Source: Pseudomonadota bacterium (lineage in GTDB: Bacteria; Bdellovibrionota; Bdellovibrionia; Bdellovibrionales; Bdellovibrionaceae). From it: a stretch of 64,000 nucleotides of DNA. This document shows positions 19,010 to 27,871 of the stretch, one piece after another; position 1 is the stretch's first letter; every line of letters starts with the position of its first letter. The stretch covers positions 1 through 64,000 of the forward strand of contig JBEGVH010000017.1 in NCBI GenBank assembly GCA_041178425.1, in the 5' to 3' direction. The notes beneath the pieces were generated by a model. It had not been told where the DNA came from. It saw nothing but the letters and a program-made list of their open reading frames with translations, and ran no database searches. The position numbers were made by a program, and so were the translations under genes.

Positions 19010-20236
19010 CTAGAGATTTTTCTCAAGATAACTAATAGTCTCTTCGTAGCTTACTGGTTTGCCGAAAAAATATCCTTGTAGGTAGTCGCATCCAAGTTCG
19101 CGCAAAATGAGAGCCTGTTTCTCAGTTTCAACGCCCTCAGCAACCACTTCGATGTTGAGGCCTTTGGCTATATTGATAATCGCCTGCACGATAATTCGTG
19201 TTTTGTTGTCTTGCTCTAGTTTTCTCACAAACGACTGGTCGATCTTTAAGCTATCCACATTGAAGTCACTAAGGTAGCTAAGCATTGAGTATCCCGTTCC
19301 AAAATCATCAAGAGAAATTGGAAAACCCATGCTGCGACACTTTTCGATCCAATAAAAAAAGATGTTTCCCTCGAGAAGGATCTTTTCTGTAATTTCTAGT
19401 TTTACGTGTTTTTCCTGCACTCCATGTTTGGCAGGAATGGATTCGAGCATTTGGAAGAAGTTAATATCAGAAAATTGTTTTCCTGAAATATTAACAGCTA
19501 AAAAAAGATTTGGGTCTGTCTCATTCGTTTTTTGGGCTACATAATCTTGGAGCTTTCGTAGGCTCTCACAGGCTTTGTCAAAGACCCATTTGCCGATCGG
19601 GACAATCAAAGATGTTTCTTCAGCCACTCCCATAAAAAGATCGGGACGTACCATTCCGCGGCTATCACTTTGCCAGCGAATGAGGGCCTCGAAACCAACT
19701 GGTTTAAAAGTGTTAGCATTCACGATCGGCTGAAAAAAGAGGAGGAAAGCCTGGTCCATGAGGGCTTCGAAAAGTTCGGCCTCAAATTTAATTTTTTCGA
19801 TGACTTTATTATGAGTTTCCTGGGCGGCCGCCCGACGACGTTCGTCTCCCACATTCGGGCTATTAATTCCCAGATTTCCGCGCATTCTTTTGAGAAGAAT
19901 AGATACAAGGAGGCGAACGATGGGATCAGCAATGTCCATTCGTTGCTCAAATTGCTGACGCGAAACAGTTGAAACTTGCACATCCTCTAGGGCCCGAGCA
20001 GAAGCAGAGCGATCAGAATTATCGAGTATGGCCATTTCACCAAAAATCTCTCCCGGTCCCAGAGTTGAAACTGGAACTTCGGTGCCAAAACTTTCAGTAA
20101 AGATCTGAACTCTTCCTGAATCAATGATGTAAGCGCAGTCGCCTTCATCGTGCATTCGAAAAATTAGATCGCCTTTTTTAAATTTTTTTAGTGTTGCCTG
20201 TGACATCGCCTTAAAGTTTCTCGCAGACGGAGTCAA
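19010..20236 (-). CDS. cNMP-binding plus EAL c-di-GMP phosphodiesterase
   Basis: GEIFGEMA...RSASA cNMP domain; FQPIV, EALIRW, VNIS, LEITE, LDDFGTGYS, KIDQSF, AEGVET and LQGYFF. Start may be ATG 20206. Confidence 0.92.
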   Translation of the reverse strand: MTPSARNFKAMSQATLKKFKKGDLIFRMHDEGDCAYIIDSGRVQIFTESFGTEVPVSTLGPGEIFGEMAILDNSDRSASARALEDVQVSTVSRQQFEQRMDIADPIVRLLVSILLKRMRGNLGINSPNVGDERRRAAAQETHNKVIEKIKFEAELFEALMDQAFLLFFQPIVNANTFKPVGFEALIRWQSDSRGMVRPDLFMGVAEETSLIVPIGKWVFDKACESLRKLQDYVAQKTNETDPNLFLAVNISGKQFSDINFFQMLESIPAKHGVQEKHVKLEITEKILLEGNIFFYWIEKCRSMGFPISLDDFGTGYSMLSYLSDFNVDSLKIDQSFVRKLEQDNKTRIIVQAIINIAKGLNIEVVAEGVETEKQALILRELGCDYLQGYFFGKPVSYEETISYLEKNL

Positions 20237-20281
20237 TTCTCAAGGTCGAGATGATGAAAATAGGCTTAAAACTAGATTTGT

Positions 20282-21856
20282 TTAGTTTTTTGACACTGAT
20301 TGAGAGGCTAGTCCATCAATAATTGAGTCGGCAATTCTTACGCCATCGCAAGCAGCAGAAGTGATTCCTCCTGCGTAACCAGCGCCTTCACCTGCAGGAT
20401 ACAGTCCTTGGTGCGAGAGACTTTGTAGTGTGACGGCATCTCTGACCACCCTCACTGGGCAGGATGTTCTTGATTCAATGGCAAAAAGCTGTGCCTGCGG
20501 AGAGATAAATCCGCGCATGTTCTTATTAAATTCGAGAAGGCCTTCAATCATCCGCGTTCGAATTGACTCCGGAAGGAGCTGATCCAGTCGAGTTGAAAGG
20601 GCCCCTGATGGTGAAGACGTAGGCAAGAGGTCTTGCGTTGTTTTGCCGTCAATAAAATCTTGCAGATTTTGAGCGGGTAGTTGTTTTGTACCGCCACCGC
20701 TAACAACTAGACTTTTGGCTTTTCGTTCTAAAGCTCGGCGAAACTCAAGGCCACCAAATAGATTTTGTTTAAAAAGACGATCATGATCGATCGACACCAC
20801 GATGGCGGAATTCGCCCATGCTGAATTTCTTTTGTAATTGCTCATGCCATTGCAAACAAGACCGTCTTCATCGGTACCCGCCGAGAGAACGTAGCCCCCT
20901 GGGCACATGCAAAAGCTATAAACACCCACATCAGTTTTTTTATCGTGGTGGGCCAGTTTGTAGTTGGCGGCACCAAGTTTGGGATGTTGGGAGTAGTCAC
21001 GATATTGAATTTTGTTAATTGCCGCTTGCGGGTGTTCGATTCGAAGGCCAAGGGCATAAGATTTACCTTCGAGAGTTACGCCGATGTCATTAAGGTGATA
21101 AAGCATATCTTCGGCGCTGTGGCCAGTGGCTACAACGACCATTGGGGAGTCAAAGTCTTCTCCGTATTCTGTGCGAACTCCTGTGACCTGTTTGTTCTGA
21201 GTTTTGATTTCTGTGACTTGAGTATCGAAATGAATCTCACACCCAGCGTCGATCAGAAATTGGCGCAATTTGGGAATAACACGTCGAAGACGATCACTTC
21301 CCACATGCGGGTTTGCTAGAAATTCAATTTCACCGGGAGCTCCAAAATCAACCAAGCGTCGCAAAACGTAGGGGATATGCGGTGATTTGATGCGAGTGAT
21401 GAGTTTGCCATCAGAGTAAAGGCCCGCGCCGCCCTCGCCAAAACACACATTATTGCGACGATCGAGTTTTCCATAACGCCAGAACTGGTTAATGCCCTTC
21501 ATTCGCATTTCTGCTTTTGAGCCTCTCTCAAACAGGCGGCACGCAACACCCCTCTCGACTAAACGAAGTGCACAAAAAAGACCCGCGGGACCACTGCCAA
21601 TGATAATGGGTTTTACTCCGACGGGGCTGATCTTGTCGGGTTGCCAATCGGGCCTGAGAAGTGTTTCACCGGCCTCTGCCACTTCCACTGAGTACACCAA
21701 TAGAGGCTCTGATTGGCGGCGACGAGCATCGACACTCTGCCTCAAAATACGGTAGGAGCTGTAGTCCGGAACCAACTCCTTGAGTTTTTCATCGAGGTCC
21801 GAATCGAGTGTGATCATAAGATCGTGAAAGATTTTTGACATACCCAAATGTAGCAC
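20282..21856 (-). CDS. FAD-dependent oxidoreductase (COG2509-like)
   Basis: IIGSGPAG, FGEGGAGLYSDGKL, FCMCPGG and GEGAGYAGGITSAA. Confidence 0.85.
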   Translation of the reverse strand: MLHLGMSKIFHDLMITLDSDLDEKLKELVPDYSSYRILRQSVDARRRQSEPLLVYSVEVAEAGETLLRPDWQPDKISPVGVKPIIIGSGPAGLFCALRLVERGVACRLFERGSKAEMRMKGINQFWRYGKLDRRNNVCFGEGGAGLYSDGKLITRIKSPHIPYVLRRLVDFGAPGEIEFLANPHVGSDRLRRVIPKLRQFLIDAGCEIHFDTQVTEIKTQNKQVTGVRTEYGEDFDSPMVVVATGHSAEDMLYHLNDIGVTLEGKSYALGLRIEHPQAAINKIQYRDYSQHPKLGAANYKLAHHDKKTDVGVYSFCMCPGGYVLSAGTDEDGLVCNGMSNYKRNSAWANSAIVVSIDHDRLFKQNLFGGLEFRRALERKAKSLVVSGGGTKQLPAQNLQDFIDGKTTQDLLPTSSPSGALSTRLDQLLPESIRTRMIEGLLEFNKNMRGFISPQAQLFAIESRTSCPVRVVRDAVTLQSLSHQGLYPAGEGAGYAGGITSAACDGVRIADSIIDGLASQSVSKN

Positions 21857-21922
21857 AAAAGTTCTTCGACAAGAACTTGAACTTGCACTATTTAAACGGA
21901 AGGGCGGAAAAGGAGGCTGACA

Positions 21923-22744
21923 GTGGCCATTTTATACTGGATTCCGAAAAATCTTCTTAGTTATTGGGTTGGAAAATTAATGTATTTGCGATTCCCTCAA
22001 CCTCTTCAGTCGTGGCTGATTAAAGGTTTTGCAGGTCTCTATAAAATCAATCTTGAAGAGGCAGAGCAAGTAGTTGCTAATTATCCGAGCCTGGGCGATT
22101 TTTTTGTTCGGCACTTGAAGCCGGGTGCTCGTCCAATTGGGGGCTCAGCTTATGTACATCCCGCCGATAGTAAAATGACGGCAAGAGGGGTTGTGATCGG
22201 AAATAAAGCCATTCAAGCCAAAGGCAGCAGTTACTCCCTTGGAGACTTTTTGCAAGATAAGTTGGTTGATCGCTGGCAGCAGGGCTACTTTATTACCTAC
22301 TACCTCTGTCCGACGGATTATCACCGAGTTCATTCGCCGGTTGATGGGCTGATCAAGGAGGTTCGCTATGTTCCTGGTAACCTATGGCCAGTCAATGATT
22401 GGAGTGTCAAAAATATTCAGAATCTTTTCGTGCAGAATGAGCGAGTGATTGTTGAGATAGAAACCGTTAGAGGGCCGATCGCAGTTGTTTTCGTTGGGGC
22501 TACAAATGTGGGATCGATTCGGCTAAATTTTGAACCCAATCTCCGCACGAACCACCAGCACAAGCGTCAAGAGCAAAAAATATCCTATATTGATCCGGTG
22601 GCTGTCAAAAAGGGGGAGGAACTTGGTATGTTCTGCCTGGGCAGTACGGTGATTGTAGTCAGCACGTCGGCTTGGAAGGAATTGCAATCGGTTGTGCAAA
22701 CCAACGAGGTTCTTCCCGTTCAGGTCGGTAAATCGCCAGAGTAA
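21923..22744 (+). CDS. psd: Phosphatidylserine decarboxylase proenzyme
   Basis: FFVRHLK, PADS, YLCPTDYHRVHSP, NERV, VGATNVGSI and the LGST autocleavage motif. Confidence 0.92.
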   Translation: MAILYWIPKNLLSYWVGKLMYLRFPQPLQSWLIKGFAGLYKINLEEAEQVVANYPSLGDFFVRHLKPGARPIGGSAYVHPADSKMTARGVVIGNKAIQAKGSSYSLGDFLQDKLVDRWQQGYFITYYLCPTDYHRVHSPVDGLIKEVRYVPGNLWPVNDWSVKNIQNLFVQNERVIVEIETVRGPIAVVFVGATNVGSIRLNFEPNLRTNHQHKRQEQKISYIDPVAVKKGEELGMFCLGSTVIVVSTSAWKELQSVVQTNEVLPVQVGKSPE

Positions 22745-23103
22745 GAGCACTCCGTGGTTGGCGTTTCGGCAATCGTTACTTTTTGAAGCTCCGGAAGGAG
22801 CGCCTTTAGCCTTTCAAAAAGAAAAACACAGAGGGCTTCTGAAGTCGGGTTTTCTAAGCCAGGAACCTCATTGAGGTAGTTATGATCAAGCAGTTTGAGT
22901 GTTGGTTTTACGATTTGATCTAAATCGTGATAATCATACATCCAGCCTAGGGTTTCGTTCCAGGGTCCAAAGAGAGTGAGGGTAATAACAAAACTGTGCC
23001 CGTGGACGTGTGAGCATGGATGACTGGGGGGTAATTTTGTTAACTTACGGGCCGATTCGATACGATATTGCACTTTCATTTCAAAATTTTTGGACATCAG
23101 CAT
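22720..23103 (-). CDS. queD: 6-carboxytetrahydropterin synthase (PTPS-I/QueD type)
   Basis: CSHVHGH (C-x3-HGH), LDHNYLNEVPGLENPTSE and V-x-I-x-ET. Confidence 0.85.
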   Translation of the reverse strand: MLMSKNFEMKVQYRIESARKLTKLPPSHPCSHVHGHSFVITLTLFGPWNETLGWMYDYHDLDQIVKPTLKLLDHNYLNEVPGLENPTSEALCVFLFERLKALLPELQKVTIAETPTTECSYSGDLPT

Positions 23104-23161
23104 TCCCTCGGTCTAGAGTAAGAGTTCTCGTAAAACACCTGATTTAAAACAAAAAAGGTCG

Positions 23162-23662
23162 ATGATGCAAGGATCCAAGTTTAAATATTTAAATCTTTCA
23201 AAAGAAAATATGAAGTTTTCTTCCGCTCATTTTCTCATTTTTGATGACCACAAGGCAGAGCGTCTTCATGGTCACAATTATCGTGTGGTGGTAGATTTTA
23301 AAATAGAGTGGGATGAGGATTCTGAATATGGGTACGCTGTTGATTTTTCCATTCTTAAAAACATAATCAAAGCTCAATTAGACCAATGGGATGAGCATGT
23401 ATTGCTGCCAGCCAAACACAAAGATATCAAGGTGGCAGTGAGAGGCGATTCGTTGGAGCTCAATTTTCGAGACCGTTTTTATGTCTTTCCAAAAAATGAA
23501 GTGATGTTATTGCCGATAGTGAATACTTCTGTCGAATTACTATCCGAATTGCTCTGCAAGGAGCTCTGGGCCTCCCTTCAGAGCCTTGGTATAGCGGGAA
23601 TGCAAGTTCAAGTGGAAGAAACTTTGGGGCAATCGGGACGCAGTGCTATCGGTGCATGGTAG
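23162..23662 (+). CDS. PTPS-family paralog with the E-x2-HGH motif (PTPS-III type, possible FolB bypass)
   Basis: FSSAHF, AERLHGHNY, VDFSILK, DEHVLLP, NTSVE and VEET. Confidence 0.8.
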   Translation: MMQGSKFKYLNLSKENMKFSSAHFLIFDDHKAERLHGHNYRVVVDFKIEWDEDSEYGYAVDFSILKNIIKAQLDQWDEHVLLPAKHKDIKVAVRGDSLELNFRDRFYVFPKNEVMLLPIVNTSVELLSELLCKELWASLQSLGIAGMQVQVEETLGQSGRSAIGAW

Positions 23663-23672
23663 AGGTAATTGT

Positions 23673-23858
23673 ATGTTAATGGGTTTTATTATCGGTGGGT
23701 TCATTTTTTTTATTACCGCGCTTTATTTTATCATACTTGCCATTTGGCCGGAATGGGTGGGGGTTTCAGGGAGAGATCACCAGCAAACCCTCGCTGATCA
23801 GAAGGAGCAGGAATTGAGTGCGTCTTCATCGCAAGACGAAAAATCACATAAAAACTAA
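23673..23858 (+). CDS. Small single-TM hypothetical protein (61 aa)
   Basis: GAGG RBS, hydrophobic N-terminus, WPEWVGVSG motif. Confidence 0.55.
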   Translation: MLMGFIIGGFIFFITALYFIILAIWPEWVGVSGRDHQQTLADQKEQELSASSSQDEKSHKN

Positions 23859-25180
23859 AGGTCGTTATCTTTTTGTGATGAGCCAGAGGGCTCGAAGAGT
23901 GATAGTTTTTGAAGAGAATAGAATGCAAAGATGAGAAGTGTGATATTTCTTAATGTGACAATAGTTACAAAAAAAGGACTGCCTTCAACAAATTTCCAAT
24001 AGCCAATATCAAAACCCACATAGGTGAGCACGTAGGTTGCCAGCGCTAAAAAAGCAAGCTTGGCGTCGAATTCAAGGGCCAGAAGCACCGAAATTGGAAT
24101 CATTATCCAAATAAAAAACTGTGGAGAGAGCACTCTCTGAGTCGCTAGAAAGAGCAGAAACACAACTAACCAAATAAGAGCTGAAAAATAAGAAGCCTCT
24201 CTCGCAGTCCAGGGTACACGAAAAATTTTCTGGCCCTTTTTCAAAAATAAATACAAGCCAAAGGCTGCTAGAACTAAAATGCCCGAGATTTTAGAGAGTG
24301 AGAGGTACCATTCGGGAACCTGAGTTTCGTCTATGTGTTGGGCTCCGTAATTGTTAACAACCAAGCTCGCTTGTGGTTTAATAAGGTGCTTGATAGCGAT
24401 AGGCGTAGCCCAGGTCGACTCTACTTGAATGCCTCTTTGAAAATGCATTTTTAGATCGGCCAGAACTCCCTTCGCATGAATGACTTGGTAGAGTAAAAGA
24501 ATTGTAAAAAAAGGAAGTAACAAAAGGCAAAGCTCTCTGAGGCCATTTTTTATTAGCACCAATCCATCTTTTAGTGCTTTCGGAGGAGCCGATTTTTTCA
24601 TGAAATCGCAAATCAAATTGAGGACGATTGCATAGAGAAAAGGTACAAACTTAATAAGCATGCCGAGCGTGCTAATGATTATGATAGTGGCCTGGGTTCT
24701 TCTTGGTGAGTTAAAGGCCAAAAATAAACCCAAAAGACTAGCTACAATAAAAAGATCGAGTCGATCATAAATTAGGTGTCCTTGTAGAAAACCAAACAAT
24801 GTATAAAAAACGACAAAGTGTACTATTTTTTCATCTTCGAGCTCGAGATTCCTTTTTAGGTAATAGAAGCATGCAGCAAAAAGAGTGAGATCGACAATGA
24901 ACATTTGAGCCCGAAAATTTCTCCAGTAGTCCCAAAAATCCAAATTTGAAAACCAACCCGGGAGATAAACAAAAAATAGTGAGAGAGGAGGGTAGCCAAA
25001 TGCAAAATTTTCGTAGGCTTTGGCGTGGGTCAATAAGCCCTGTTTTGCGATGTCCTGGTAAAATGAGACATCAGAAACATAGGCATCATAAAATAGAAGG
25101 ATAGTCAGTCGGCATAGAACGAAAAAAAGCACTAATGATAGCTGAGTTTGATTTAAACCCAATGTCTTTTTCTCGGTCAT
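23855..25180 (-). CDS. GT-C fold membrane glycosyltransferase (GT87/DUF2029-like)
   Basis: Polytopic; GYPPLSL, YDRLDL, LIKFVP, RGIQVES and VLSPQFFIW motifs. Confidence 0.7.
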   Translation of the reverse strand: MTEKKTLGLNQTQLSLVLFFVLCRLTILLFYDAYVSDVSFYQDIAKQGLLTHAKAYENFAFGYPPLSLFFVYLPGWFSNLDFWDYWRNFRAQMFIVDLTLFAACFYYLKRNLELEDEKIVHFVVFYTLFGFLQGHLIYDRLDLFIVASLLGLFLAFNSPRRTQATIIIISTLGMLIKFVPFLYAIVLNLICDFMKKSAPPKALKDGLVLIKNGLRELCLLLLPFFTILLLYQVIHAKGVLADLKMHFQRGIQVESTWATPIAIKHLIKPQASLVVNNYGAQHIDETQVPEWYLSLSKISGILVLAAFGLYLFLKKGQKIFRVPWTAREASYFSALIWLVVFLLFLATQRVLSPQFFIWIMIPISVLLALEFDAKLAFLALATYVLTYVGFDIGYWKFVEGSPFFVTIVTLRNITLLIFAFYSLQKLSLFEPSGSSQKDNDL

Positions 25181-25229
25181 GGAAAGCTACCCTTGTAATG
25201 TTTAGAATTCGTGCTTTTCTTAATTCAAT

Positions 25230-26576
25230 TTAGATGTCTTCAGAATCTTGGTCCTCAGCATCGGTATAATCTGTTAACAGAAACTGAAACAAAGAACCTT
25301 TGTAGTAGTGATAGAGAATAATCCCTTGTTTGAGATCGAAAAGATTGCCCCAGTGGCGGTTCTGAGCTTCGGCCAGATCTTTAACGCCATTGATAAAATC
25401 GAGATAAGTTGCTTTGCTCTGACGATATTCACCTTCGATAAAGAGAAAGTTATTTTGTTCCAAAATCAGTAATTCCTCGCTCGTTTTAAAGTTTTCTCTG
25501 AGCTGTCGAAACTGAGTTTGAAGCTTTAGAATGTCCTGGGTGAGTTCAATTTTTTTCTGAGACAAATCGGCTTTTTGAATTTCATTGGTTATTATAGCCT
25601 GACTTTTTTTAGATCGTTGTTCGCCGCCATCCCAAAATGTCCAGTTTAACACAAGAAGGGCACTCCATGATTGCGTTTGTTGGGAATCAAAACTCAGTCC
25701 CGTGTTCCAATAACTTGAGCTGTTCAAAGCGGTGTTAAAGTCTAAGTTGATGGAGGGGTCAATTTGTTGGACCGCGATGTCCTGAGTGATTTCATTGGCG
25801 TCTTTGGTGAGATTAATAACTTGTCCCTCGTAGGTTTTATCGATGCTCGCGGGATTTTTGAAAAGGTCCAAGAGCGATGGGGAGCTATCTTCTGGGCGAA
25901 ACTGTACCTTTGCCATTTCTTCAGGAAGGCCAGAAATAGCCAATAGATTGAGTCGGGACCTTTCAACAAGAGTGATTTGCCTTTGTAAATCGAGCTCGGC
26001 TCTTTGGGCCTGGCTCTTAAATCTCAAAAAATCGCGACGTGATCGAAGTCCGTGAAGATATTCATCAGAAATAAGGTCAAACTGCTTTTTTATGAGCTTC
26101 TGCTGATTTTTCTGAATCTCAAGGCTTTTCACGAGTTGGGAGTATCGATAATATTCTTGAGTGACCTTCAAGCACAATTCATCACGCTGCTGAAAATAGT
26201 GGATCTCCGCTTTTCTTTTCAGCGTCTTGGCCAAAGCAATTTTTTTTGCATCGATTCCTTCTCGCCATAAATTTTGACTCAAGATTAAGGAGCTAGCACT
26301 GGTTTCGGGTATTAGATAAGGCTTTGGATTCTGATTACGTTGGCCATGAGTTGATTCGAGTCTCAGTCGAGGCCAGTACAGTGATTTGTTTTTAACCTCT
26401 TCGAGTTCTGCAAACTGTTTTTCGTGTTTCGCTTTAGAAATGAGAGGGGAGTGCTCAATCGCCTCTTTTAATAAGTCGTGTAAATTGAGAGCTTTTACTT
26501 CTGGTTGTGGTTCGGCTAAAACCGAACCAGAGACCAGGCAGACAAAAATAATAATTACCTTTTTACGACAAATCAT
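25230..26576 (-). CDS. TolC-family outer membrane efflux protein
   Basis: Signal peptide, EAIEHSPLI, YWPRLRL, WTFWDGG and duplicated helical repeats. Confidence 0.8.
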   Translation of the reverse strand: MICRKKVIIIFVCLVSGSVLAEPQPEVKALNLHDLLKEAIEHSPLISKAKHEKQFAELEEVKNKSLYWPRLRLESTHGQRNQNPKPYLIPETSASSLILSQNLWREGIDAKKIALAKTLKRKAEIHYFQQRDELCLKVTQEYYRYSQLVKSLEIQKNQQKLIKKQFDLISDEYLHGLRSRRDFLRFKSQAQRAELDLQRQITLVERSRLNLLAISGLPEEMAKVQFRPEDSSPSLLDLFKNPASIDKTYEGQVINLTKDANEITQDIAVQQIDPSINLDFNTALNSSSYWNTGLSFDSQQTQSWSALLVLNWTFWDGGEQRSKKSQAIITNEIQKADLSQKKIELTQDILKLQTQFRQLRENFKTSEELLILEQNNFLFIEGEYRQSKATYLDFINGVKDLAEAQNRHWGNLFDLKQGIILYHYYKGSLFQFLLTDYTDAEDQDSEDI

Positions 26577-26595
26577 GTGAGCCGCGTGCTCTTCT

Positions 26596-27780
26596 TTAAA
26601 GAGCTACGGCCCTGAGTTCGTTCATTTTCGTTTGAATATCATCGGGAATGTAGAGGCCACCGGTGCCACTAAAGCCAGAGATCGTGCTTTCCTGATAACG
26701 AGCAAAACATTTTTTTGCGATCTCGGAGTGTGGTTGGGTGCGAATGCAAAGTTCGTAATAATCCTCGTTCATTGACCAAGCTCCAATTTCGCCAATATTT
26801 TCGTAGATCATGCCCAACTGAAACAAGGCCTCGGATTTTTCAGAAGGAGCTTGGGATTTCGCTAAAAACTTATGGAGTAGACTTCCTGCGCGAAGGTAGT
26901 CGACGGTGCCTCCCTCGCTGCGTGATATCTTTTGAGCTGCTTCGGCTCGATCCACCAATTGCTGAGCTGTTTTTAAATTAACAGGGGCTTTGGTATTGAT
27001 CATCCAAGCTTTAACAGATTGTTGCCAAAACGGAAGCTGTCTTTTGATGAAATAGGGAAGGTTTTGGTTTTGGCTAACGATTGAAATAAATTTTTCAGCT
27101 TGAGCGGGATCATTGCGGAATCTGACCGTAATAATGAGTCCCATTTGAACGAGTTTTTGCCATGCAACGATAGATAAACCATCGCCTTTAGCGGTGGCTG
27201 CTTCGATTTCATTCATAGCTTCGTCGAAGTAACGACTAGCTATTAAGAACTGAACTCTCTCTACAATGGCTACTTTTTGAAGTGTGTTGAGAAATTGGGG
27301 TTGAGCAAGAGCCGGACCCACTTCTAAACGGGTGTGGCACTGAACACATTGAGCGAGAGCGTTTTTAAATACACTTCGAGAGAATTCAAGGTGCCCTGAC
27401 TGAAAAGAATCTAGGGACAATTTAAGGTTTTCTTCAAAACGACGACCGATTAATTTAAGAGATGGGTCTTTGTCGGGATTGGGTGTGGATTCATTGATAT
27501 TATGAGCGAGATTTTTTAATTCCGTCATCTTTTGTTCGAGGAGGGGTTTATTTGCTGATTGATGAAAACTTTTAGGATCCGTCACGATCGGCATCAGAAC
27601 AGAGAGATTTTCAGTGAGTTGCTGCATTTGTGAAGGCCATGATTGCTGACTAGATGCTGTTGCTATGGAAGGGGTTTTTGTTTCTGACTCTTGATTTTTT
27701 TTGATGGTTGACTGACAAGAAATCGCTTGTAAAGCAACAATCGGGGCAACGATGAAAGATGCCATTTTAATAAGGTTCAT
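26596..27780 (-). CDS. Lipoprotein with a single c-type heme motif and a TPR-like helical C-terminal region
   Basis: Lipobox-like QAISC; CVQCH at the end of a helical-bundle region; EALFQLGMIYE TPR-like segment. Confidence 0.65.
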   Translation of the reverse strand: MNLIKMASFIVAPIVALQAISCQSTIKKNQESETKTPSIATASSQQSWPSQMQQLTENLSVLMPIVTDPKSFHQSANKPLLEQKMTELKNLAHNINESTPNPDKDPSLKLIGRRFEENLKLSLDSFQSGHLEFSRSVFKNALAQCVQCHTRLEVGPALAQPQFLNTLQKVAIVERVQFLIASRYFDEAMNEIEAATAKGDGLSIVAWQKLVQMGLIITVRFRNDPAQAEKFISIVSQNQNLPYFIKRQLPFWQQSVKAWMINTKAPVNLKTAQQLVDRAEAAQKISRSEGGTVDYLRAGSLLHKFLAKSQAPSEKSEALFQLGMIYENIGEIGAWSMNEDYYELCIRTQPHSEIAKKCFARYQESTISGFSGTGGLYIPDDIQTKMNELRAVAL

Positions 27781-27871
27781 TGAGTTCCTCCCTGAGATGT
27801 AAATAGTTTAGGATTGGACTAACAATAACTCAAGTTAAAGTTTAAATAGAAACTGTTGTTAAGGCTCTGAT

